DNA of 64,000 bases from an uncultured Hormoscilla sp. (lineage in GTDB: Bacteria; Cyanobacteriota; Cyanobacteriia; Cyanobacteriales; Desertifilaceae), in NCBI GenBank assembly GCA_963921275.4, contig OZ001293.3:4160001-4224000 (forward strand), given 5' to 3'. The notes under the pieces were generated by a model. The model ran no database searches. It worked only from the letters and a program-made list of their open reading frames with translations, and was not told where the DNA came from. This document shows, in pieces, positions 53,841 to 63,000 of this stretch (the stretch's first letter is position 1; each line of letters opens with the position of its first letter). A program made the position numbers and the translations under genes.

Positions 53841-54225
53841 GGCTTTGTTTTATACAAATCAGTTCTTACTGGGGTTGGCGATCGCGATCGCCCTGGTCCT
53901 CGCTGGTTGCCTAACCAGCGCTCGCTTCTTCATGACCAAAATGACGGCACCCCCGCCTAAACCCATGTTCGCCAACGATACCCCTGGTGGCAAAAAACAG
54001 AGCGGACTGCCACCAGGAACCTATGAAGCCCGCGTTACCTGGCCTGAAGGTCTGATTCTCCGCGATCGGCCCAGCTATAACTCTCTGAGAATTGGTGGCA
54101 TCGGATATAATGAACGGGTGCTTGTCCTGGGTGAAAGCTCTGATAAAGTTTGGCAGCGAGTGCGCATGTCCGATAGCTTCCAGGAAGGTTGGGTCAAAGG
54201 AGGCAACACAGCACGGACCAACTAG
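53830..54225 (+). CDS. SH3b-domain protein
   Basis: N-terminal TM; GLILRDRPS...WQRVR...EGWVKGGN. Confidence 0.85.
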   Translation: MILKALFYTNQFLLGLAIAIALVLAGCLTSARFFMTKMTAPPPKPMFANDTPGGKKQSGLPPGTYEARVTWPEGLILRDRPSYNSLRIGGIGYNERVLVLGESSDKVWQRVRMSDSFQEGWVKGGNTARTN

Positions 54226-54914
54226 AATTATATCATTCCCGAACCCTTTGGCAGGCATATCCGGGGAACGAATCCTACCCAGAAACCTGGTTTCTTAATT
54301 CTGGCATTTAGAAAATCTTCTTATATCATGTCTGGGGAATTACCCTCAATTAAGAAGCGACTCTCACCTTCTAGAGTGTCTCGCGTTACCCATTCCTCCG
54401 TTGGGTTTCGTGCCTCAACCCAACCTACGAGGGAGAAAAATTTTCACTTCGCGCCTGCACGTGCGATCGGGCTAAGTTGTCACCTCTTCTCTGTCATATC
54501 AATCGCAATTAATTTGGTCTATTATTTTCAGTTCCCGATGCTTCCATTACGAGCGCTCTCCCTTGACCGCAACTGGCTGGTACTGCACGCTGTCCCGAGC
54601 ACGGCTTCAGTTTATTGACTATATCACCCGATATTTTATTGATAGAGACTGTATTCGATATCAATTTTATTTGGCACAGCTATTTACCATCATGCTTAAT
54701 TTTATTGTTGCAGTGTTATTAACAAAATGCTGTTTGGGGTTTGGGGTTTGGGGTGCCGGTTGTCGCCCATGGCTCCCTGGCGAGGCTATATATTGTATCG
54801 CGAGGGTACGGTGAGGATGTCGTGTCCAGAGATACCACCGGTACTCTCGGACACGAGTGGCGGAATTGCGCTGAGAATGCCCCTCCAATCCCCTCCAGGT
54901 GAGGGGGCCGATTA

Positions 54915-55220
54915 GGCTAGGTTATCGCTCGACTACGGCTCGCTTATGGCTCGCTTATGGCTCGACTAGGGCGAGGATCCTGGCTCCGGTGTGGCTCCGG
55001 TGTGGCTTGGGTGTGGCTTGGGTGTGGCTTGGGTGTGGCTCGGTTACGGCTCGGGTGCGGCTCGGTTACGGCTCGGTTACGGCTCGGTTACGGCTCGGTT
55101 ACGGCTCGGTTACGGCTCGGTTACGGCTCGGGTACGGCTCGGTTACGGCTCGGTTACGGCTCGGTTACGGCTCGGTTACGGCTCGGTTACGGCTCGGTTA
55201 CGGCTCGGTTACGGCTCGGG
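54915..55220 (+). repeat. 11-mer minisatellite (GGCTCGGTTAC) with drifting units
   Basis: About 27 units in total; see finding. Confidence 0.92.
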
Positions 55221-55374
55221 TATCTATCGTCACACTATGAGTGGGATCTAACTTCGTACCTCGCAACCAGGCTACGCGGTTTGAACAAGTGAACTCAAAA
55301 TTTCCACAGAGCACTTCATTATAGCATTGTTGATTAACATTTGCAATATAAAAATAATTTGGCACTTGCACTTA

Positions 55375-56335
55375 CATGAGAGGCTGGGAACATACTCTTT
55401 TCATGGGCTGGGCATCTCAGGACTGACGGTTGAAGGCCACGGCTATCACCGCTAGAAAGCAGGACAAAAACCATTGCCTGTAAAGATTTGTTACAGCCAG
55501 ACAGTGTCGCAGAAATATGGCTTATGGTAGAAGTGGAAATCACATAAAGACAAAATAGATTAGCCTTGTAAGTATGTCAGATGTGCGATCCTATTTCAGA
55601 AGGTGTAGGCTTTGAGATGGGAGAGGCTCACAGGAGGTGGAACTGTTGGAGAGCAATAATGGCCGCGCCATCGCATGTTTAACCGGTAGTTGAAGGATCG
55701 GGAACATATCCGGCATCACAACTTGGACAAAAGAAGGCCCCCACCGGTAGATAGCTGGCCGAAAACGCTCGACAAGGGGTGTGTAAAGAATCGTTACGGA
55801 TTGAAAGAGTCGCAGGAAATATGGCTTATGGTAGAAGAGGTAATGACGCCAAAAAAATCTTGCCGTTGGAAGTATGTCAGATGTGCGATCCGATAGAGCA
55901 GGCTAGGTCTGTAGTAGGAGGCATAAAGTTATGGCTAAAGGAGTGGTGAATGAAGTTGTTTATGAGGGGTTGACGCCGGTGCAGTCGGCCAAGCTAGATG
56001 GTTTCACCGGTAGTTGAGGGCTTGGGAACATACTCATCTCCGGCATCACAACTGAGGATGGACAAAAGAAGGCCCCCACCGGTAGATAGCTGGCCGAAAA
56101 CGCTCGACAAGGAGTGTGTAAAGAATCGTTACGGATTGAAAGAGTCGCAGGAAATATGGCTTATGGTAGAAGAGGTAATGACGCCAAAAAAAATCTTGCC
56201 GTTGGAAGTATGTCAGATGTGCGATCCGATAGAGCAGGCTAGGTCTGCAGTAGGAGGCATAAAGTTATGGCTAAAGGAGTGGTGAATGAAGTTGTTTATG
56301 AGGGGTTGACGCCGGTGCAGTCGGCCAAGCTAGAT
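55375..56335 (+). repeat. Three tandem units of about 320 bp (two near-identical, one diverged)
   Basis: 55682-55999 versus 56006-56335 are near-identical; shared blocks also occur in 55375-55680. Confidence 0.85.
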
Positions 56336-56537
56336 AACAGGTATTGGAGTTGTAATCAGCAAAACCTGGGAAATTGGTCAGAACAGCAGGCAAAAAGTTA
56401 GTTTTGGTTTGAGGATCCCGATCCTGAGGGAAAGGTGATACGGAGAAACTATAAGAACCTAAGTTGCGACCTATTAAAAAAAATATGAATTACCCACTTA
56501 GATTTTACAGATATTTGGGATATTTCGTAGCTTTTGA

Positions 56538-57534
56538 ATTAGGGGTCGAGCTGGGAATCGCTTCCCAACCCTCCCTTTCGAACCGTGCATGCGGTTTTCA
56601 TCGCACACGGCTACTGGTTAGTTGGACCTTGTCATTGGCAGGATTACTGGGGATTGCTCCCTTTGTCCCTCTTCTTATGCAGTTTTTCCCCTTTATGGTA
56701 GTCGATAGGACTGTTTCGTATCTAGCTCCGGAAGGTTCGCGGGGGGTATCCAGGAAACCACTTATACCGCTCTTTGCTAACATTGCCCCTGTCTCGTCAT
56801 TAGGGGACTTTTCAAGTTTTACCCGGCTAGAGTTTTAGTCCATATTACAATCTAGGATTTCTCCTGATTTTTGGTACGTATTAGGGATACTTCCACCCAA
56901 GATTTCCAACTATATCCGACCCACGTCTGCCGGTACATTCCTGCACCACTTATACAAGGAGTTACCCCTGTCCTTTGCTTCTTGGGCCATCTCTCTCCAC
57001 ATGGCTTACGCTTATCATCTAACTGGTCCCTATCTCCTGACCACCGGTCGATAGTCGAGTAGTTATGGACAGCACACGTGGAGTTACTTCGTTCCCTGGT
57101 ATCATTTCACGATGTTTTTAGGTCCCTGCTTTACCCCGGGAGCTACTTTGAGTGTGATGTTGGCCATATGCAACAGCCAACACTAGCTACCATTTCCTTT
57201 TTAGGCCAGCGTGTAAGCCTTCTTCCGCTGGTTACACATAACGAGGCTTTCACAGATTCGTTTTCCTAACCATGAGCATCTTTCCTAGCGGAGTTGCCGA
57301 CTTTGGGCTGTCAGCTATCCTACATTTAAGTCCTTGCTCCGCACCACGGTGATGTCACTCCGCAGCACTAAGGACCGGTGTCACCCCCACACCTGGAAAG
57401 AGGGAATTTAACCCCCATGATGACCAGAGTTACCATATTGAGCCTGATTATGATTAGTTTTGGTTCTAAACATTCAGTCCAATTTTGGCTCGGCTTTTCC
57501 GTGTTTGTACAGGTTAGGCCGAAACGAGTCGCAC
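56538..57534 (-). mobile_element. ORF-less group II intron (997 nt) inside IS982
   Basis: Minus strand GTGCGACTCG...AGCCGTGTGCGATGAAAACCGCATGCACGGTTC (DV)...CTCGACCCCTAAT. Boundaries are fixed by the empty IS allele near 39307. Confidence 0.95.
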
Positions 57535-57626
57535 TACAAAATTATATTTTTTTTGTGCTAGACGGCGGGTTGGCTGTTTATAGGTTATAATGTACTAAAA
57601 TAATAGTTAATTGCTGGGGGATGTAG

Positions 57627-58451
57627 ATGATGGAAGATATGATTACAACAATTTTTGTTCTTTGTGACGAGCTACTAAAAGCGTTAAATATAAAAGAAGA
57701 TCCACAAGTAAAAATGAACAATGCCGAAGTGATGACAGTCGGATTAGTTGCTGCATATTTTTTCGGAGGACACCACGATCGCTCTTGTCAATTTATGGTC
57801 GAACACAAGTATATAAAAAATCTGTTAAGTAAAAGTAGGTTCAATCGTCGATTACACAATATTGAGGAACCAATTTGGATGTTTTTCTTCCAAGTTATAG
57901 CTCAAACATTTAAAGAGCTCAATCCGGGTCAAGAATATATTCTTGATAGTTTCCCGGTGCCAGTATGTGATAATATTAGGATTGATAGATGCCAAATTTA
58001 TAACAAGGAAGAATATCGAGGGTATATTGCCAGTAAAAAACGTTATTTTTATGGATTAAGAGTTCATATGTTGGTAAACAAAAATGGAAAGCCAATAGAA
58101 TTTTATCTAGATCCTGGTAGTTATAATGATGTTAAAGTTTTGCAATCTTTTGGCTTTGACTTACCATCAAATTCAATAGTTTATGGAGATAAAGCTTATA
58201 ATGATTATCAATTAGAGGATTTACTAAAAGAGTCGTCAAGTATAATATTAAAACCTTTGCGAAAAAAGAACTCAAAAAGAAAAGAATCTTCTTGTTTTGA
58301 ATATATACAAAAAGTAACAAGAAAACAAGTTGAAACCTGTTTTAGTCGAATCACCAATTTGTTTTCCAAGTCAATTCATGCTGTTACATCTAAGGGATTA
58401 GAGTTGAAAATAATTCTCTTTATCATAGCTTTTTGTATCCAATTTTTATAG
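57627..58451 (+). CDS. IS982-family transposase (second copy)
   Basis: Four amino-acid differences from 38390-39214. Confidence 0.92.
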   Translation: MMEDMITTIFVLCDELLKALNIKEDPQVKMNNAEVMTVGLVAAYFFGGHHDRSCQFMVEHKYIKNLLSKSRFNRRLHNIEEPIWMFFFQVIAQTFKELNPGQEYILDSFPVPVCDNIRIDRCQIYNKEEYRGYIASKKRYFYGLRVHMLVNKNGKPIEFYLDPGSYNDVKVLQSFGFDLPSNSIVYGDKAYNDYQLEDLLKESSSIILKPLRKKNSKRKESSCFEYIQKVTRKQVETCFSRITNLFSKSIHAVTSKGLELKIILFIIAFCIQFL

Positions 58452-58472
58452 GTCGCAACTTGAGTTATAAGA

Positions 58473-59054
58473 ATGCTTCAAGACTTGGATCGAACATTAG
58501 AAGAACTGCTTAAAAACGAATTACCACCGGAGGTGATATCCCCCCCGGAGGGGAAGTCAGTCACGATTAGTTTTTCAACTCCTGACAAAGATTTTGCTAC
58601 CAGAGTTGAGCTGCCAGCAATAGACCTGTTCCTCTACAACGTGCGGGAAAACATGGAATTGCGGACTGTCCCCTGGTCGGTAGAACGAGAAAATGGGATG
58701 GCAAGCAAGAAGCGTAACCCCGTCCGGGTAGATTGTTCTTATCTAATCACGGCTTGGTTGGAGGAAGAAAATGATGAAAATAAACAAGAGCACCGGCTAT
58801 TAGGAGAAGTGATGAAGGTGCTGTTGCGTCATCGGATAATTCCAGGGGCAGTATTGCAAGGAGATCTGCAAGGGCAAGAACCCCCCATCAGAACCACGGC
58901 ATTGGGACAACCTCAATTACAAAGTATGGGAGAATTCTGGCAGGCGATCGGGGGTAAACCAAGAGCAGCTCTGAATTACACTGTTACTATATCGGTAGAT
59001 GTTAATGATGTCGTGGAGACGGTACCGCTAGTGACAAATATACAAGTAAGATGA
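58473..59054 (+). CDS. Pvc16/DUF4255 family protein (associated with contractile injection systems)
   Basis: DLDRTLEELL, ISFSTPD, IDLFLYNVREN, SYLITAW, EHRLLGEV, FWQAIGGKPRAALNYTVT. Confidence 0.8.
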   Translation: MLQDLDRTLEELLKNELPPEVISPPEGKSVTISFSTPDKDFATRVELPAIDLFLYNVRENMELRTVPWSVERENGMASKKRNPVRVDCSYLITAWLEEENDENKQEHRLLGEVMKVLLRHRIIPGAVLQGDLQGQEPPIRTTALGQPQLQSMGEFWQAIGGKPRAALNYTVTISVDVNDVVETVPLVTNIQVR

Positions 59055-59072
59055 ATCAGCAGAGGACAGAGC

Positions 59073-59711
59073 ATGTCAGCATGGATGAAGTTGGAGGGAA
59101 TTAGTCGTCAGGTGGCGATCGCGGGAATGGTCAGGAATGCCCAAACTGGCCAGGGAATAGCCGGAGTCCGAGTAGAAATTACGGGAATGCCGGCAAAATT
59201 ACAAGCAAAAATTGACTTACTCGCTCAGCTATATGGGGCGGACTGGGATCGCAGAAAAGAACGACCGGACCGGACTGAAACTCGGCCTGATGGTTCCTTT
59301 TACTTCCTGGACCTGCCCGACGGAAATTATACCTTGAGGGCGTCATGGCTACAGGCAGGTACGCGCTATGGCAGTGCGAAACAAAATGTAACAGTGTCGC
59401 GGAATATCGAGGGCAAAATCAACAATCAGGAGATCCTGAAAATTGACTTGCCACCAACCTCACTTACAGGTATCATCACAGATGAAAAAGACAAAGCTGT
59501 AGTCATGGCGAAAGTGCAGCTTGAAGGGAGCAGCGAATATACTTACAGCGATCGCAAGGGGAACTATAGTATGATCGGATTAGAAGCAAGTGACAAACTG
59601 CGTCAAGTCAAGGTGAACGCCTTAGGCTACGAGTCCCAAGTGGCAGAGATAGTTTTGACTCAAGGACAGGTGAAAACTAAGAATATTGCTCTAGCTGGCG
59701 CTGCACAATGA
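59073..59711 (+). CDS. Carboxypeptidase-regulatory-like domain protein (eCIS-associated type)
   Basis: IAGMVRNAQTGQGIAG, DGSFYFLDLPDGNYTL, second beta-sandwich repeat. Confidence 0.75.
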   Translation: MSAWMKLEGISRQVAIAGMVRNAQTGQGIAGVRVEITGMPAKLQAKIDLLAQLYGADWDRRKERPDRTETRPDGSFYFLDLPDGNYTLRASWLQAGTRYGSAKQNVTVSRNIEGKINNQEILKIDLPPTSLTGIITDEKDKAVVMAKVQLEGSSEYTYSDRKGNYSMIGLEASDKLRQVKVNALGYESQVAEIVLTQGQVKTKNIALAGAAQ

Positions 59712-60069
59712 CAAAGGATAGTAGGAAAATTTGCTTAAGCAATACTCCGGACACTTTGGGGAACGACGCCGTAAGCCTTACAGCGTCAGCCTTTGGGAGA
59801 GCGAGCCATTTTTTACAAGTTAGCCCTGGGCCTGACCTTGAAAAAAATGATGCGCCTTTTGCCGTAACCCTTGCTATGTCGTGGTTCTGGGGTCTAAAAA
59901 ATGTCCGGACTATTGTAAAGCAGGAAATGTTACCAATGTCGCCGGTAACCAACACTTGAGTTATAATAAACAAACGTGCCACTCGTTCCGGCGTAAGTCA
60001 GAAATATGACGATAGTCGGGCTAGTATTACACCAGCACCTCTACAGAAAAATACAAGAGGAACCAAAAA

Positions 60070-63000
60070 ATGAAGCATAAATCCTTTACCAACACCATGG
60101 TAGTAGTGGATGCCTCCCTAGAAAACTACCAGCAGCTTATAGACGGCATCCGGCCTGGGGCCAAATCTTTCCTCTTAGACCTTCGGTCCGATGGCATCGA
60201 ACAGATCGGCGAACTTCTCCGACAGCATAAAGAAACAGAGGTTCTGCACCTACTCTCCCACGGCAGCCCTGGCTGTCTGTATCTGGGAAACTCCCAACTG
60301 AGTTTGGATGGGGTCGAGCCGGGAATCGCTTCCCGACCCTCCCTTGAGGAACCGGACTTGCGATTTTCACCGCATCCGGCTACTGGGTACTAGGCCCTTT
60401 TCATAGGTAGACTTAATAGGAATTACTTCCGTTAGCCCTTGCCGCCTGTCTTTTCTTCCCTTTCCTGGTTTAGCGAGTGGTTGTTCTGATAACCGTTAGT
60501 ATCACCATTTTCAAGTCAGTTTTACCAGTTATCCATACCTTATCCTCCACTTGCGTTTCGGATTAGTTCCGTGGCTTTTTAGGATTACTCATTCCAGCAG
60601 CTTCCTAGTATCACCGACCCACGTCAGCGCTGGCTACCCAGCATCATCTACATTACTGTAGATGTTATCCCAGGAATTACCCCGGGCATTCGCTTCTTGG
60701 GCCATCCCTCCCCCCGTGGCTTGCGCTTAACATCTAACTTGTCCTGATGGACAGCACACGAGAGGTTACTTCGTTCCCTAACAACATTTCGCGATACCTT
60801 TAGGTCCACACTATACCCCGGGAGCTATTTGAGTACTATATTAGCCAGAGTCTAAAACTAATACTAGCTACCATTTCCTTTTTAGGCCAGCGCATATAGC
60901 CTTATTTCGCTGGTTCCTTATAACGAGGCTTGCACATGTTTGCCTGCTCTAACCTTGGATATCTTTCCTAGCGGCGTCACCGGCTTAGGCTGCCAGTTAT
61001 CCTACATTTGAGTCCTCGCTTAGCACCACGATGATGTCGCTTCGTAGCACCGAGGACCGGTGTCACCCCCGTACCTGGGGGGAGGGGAATTTAACCCCCA
61101 TGCGGTCAGAGTTCCCGGCTAATGAAACCGGGCTAGCGTTCCGTGTTTGACCACGTTAGGCTAGAACGAATCGCACAGATCCTCTAGGAGATTACGCCTC
61201 TACCCTGCAGAAGTGGAAGGTAAAACAACTCCTACTCTACGGCTGTAACGTCGCCGCCGGAGATGCAGGAGAGGAGTTGATGACTAAGCTACAGGCCCTG
61301 ACCGGGGCATCCCTCGCCGCCTCTACTACCCGGACAGGGGCAGCAGCCCGGGGCGGAAATTGGAAGTTGGAGTGGCGAACTCCGGGGATGAAAACTCCCT
61401 TAGCATTGTCCGCAGAAGCTCAGATGGCCTATGGGGGCATATTGATCCCCCAGCAGGAGTATCAGGCCTTAAGGGCTCTCTATCAAAGCACCAATGGGGC
61501 TTCTTGGACGAACAATACAGGCTGGCGGGACTGGAATTTCAACAGCGCAACTCCCCCCGATGCTTCTATTGTTAACGGTTGGCATGGGGTGACGGTAACT
61601 AACAACAGGGTGACGATGCTCAACCTGGACTCCAACCAACTGACTGGCAGCATCCCGACGGAGTTAGGGAATCTTTCCAATTTGGAGTTTCTCTGGCTGA
61701 ACATAAATCAACTGACTGGCAGCATCCCGACGGAGTTAGGGAATCTTTCCAATTTGGAGTCTCTCTGGCTGTACTCCAACCAACTGACTGGCAGCATCCC
61801 GACGGAGTTAGGGAATCTTTCCAATTTGGTATCTCTCAGGCTGGACTCCAACCGACTGACTGGCAGCATCCCGACGGAGTTAGGGAATCTTTTCAATTTG
61901 AGATCTATCTGGCTGTACTCCAACCAACTGACTGGCAGCATCCCGACGGAGTTAGGGAATCTTTCCAATTTGATATCTCTCAGGCTGGACTCCAACCGAC
62001 TGACTGGCAGCATCCCCCAAGAGGTCTTAGATTTGCGGGCCTCAAAGCGATTGGAAAACCCCCCTTATGTAAAAACCGAGATTACCGACGTCGAGTTCTT
62101 GCTAGGTAATAACCTCAACATAGACATTAGCGCAAATTTCGGCGACATCAATAACAACATCAACAACTACACAGCTACCGGTTTACCAGGGGGCGTAACG
62201 ATCAACAGTCGGAGAGTTATCAGCGGTACTCCTACTACCGCAGACACCTTTACCGTGACAGTAACAGCAACGGATAGGGCGGGAGGCCGGGGAGAAGATG
62301 AATTTAATATTACGGTATCGATTCCTCCTCTAAATGCAAGTGATTACGCCGCCCTTCAGGCTCTCTATAACAGTACTTCTGGGGATAATTGGACGAACAC
62401 GACAGGCTGGGATGTCAGCAGCCCAACTCCTCCCTCTGCTAGTGTTGTTAATAGCTGGCATGGGGTGACGGTAGTGGGAAATCGGGTGACGGAACTCAAC
62501 CTGTACAACAACTCCCTGAGCGGTACGCTCCCCTCGGAGTTAGGCTCCCTCAGCAATTTGCAACGCCTCATCCTGGAGTCAAACTCCCTGAGCGGTACGC
62601 TCCCCTCGGAGTTAGGCTCCCTCAGCAATTTGCAACGCCTCAACCTGTACAACAACTCCCTGAGCGGTACGCTCCCCTCGGAGTTAGGCTCCCTTAGCAA
62701 TTTGCAATACCTCTGGCTCTATTCCAACTCCCTGAGCGGTACGATCCCCGACAGTATCAACGCTTTGTCAGCAGACAAACGATTGGAAAACCCTCCCTAT
62801 GTGGAAATTCAAATTCCCGACGTCAATGCCTTCAGTAGTGAGAAATTCAACTTCAATGTCAGCGGGAACTTCGGCGACCTCAACAACAACATTAGTAGCT
62901 ACGGCGCTAATGGTTTGCCAAACGGTTTAACCATTAACTCCACTACTGGGGTGATCAGCGGCACTCCTACTACTGAGGGCAGTTTTACCGTGACGGTAAC

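Larger units (their letters stand above)
56457..58465 (+). mobile_element. IS982 copy carrying a group II intron; 7-bp TSD TATAAGA
   Basis: Same IRs as 38376-39387; TSD at 56450-56456 and 58466-58472. Confidence 0.92.

Noticed and set aside
10425..54430. HIP1 octamers, heptamer runs (ATTAGCA, CAGTTAC) and REP-like palindromes (GTTCCCAGGC..GCCTGGGAAC, GAAACC.GGTTT, GGTGGGCACTGCCCACC)
   Set aside because: Common, already described cyanobacterial repeats; not novel.
54899..55292. ORFs of RLRLGYGSVTA repeats
   Set aside because: Artefact of a stop-free 11-mer repeat read in all three frames.
54915..56335. Repeat arrays (also 23640-23736 and 37160-37315) as a CRISPR array
   Set aside because: Units are contiguous with no unique spacers of regular length, and there are no cas genes.
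59720..59990. Possible decayed RT C-terminal or IS-end remnant
   Set aside because: Similarity too weak and fragmented to call.
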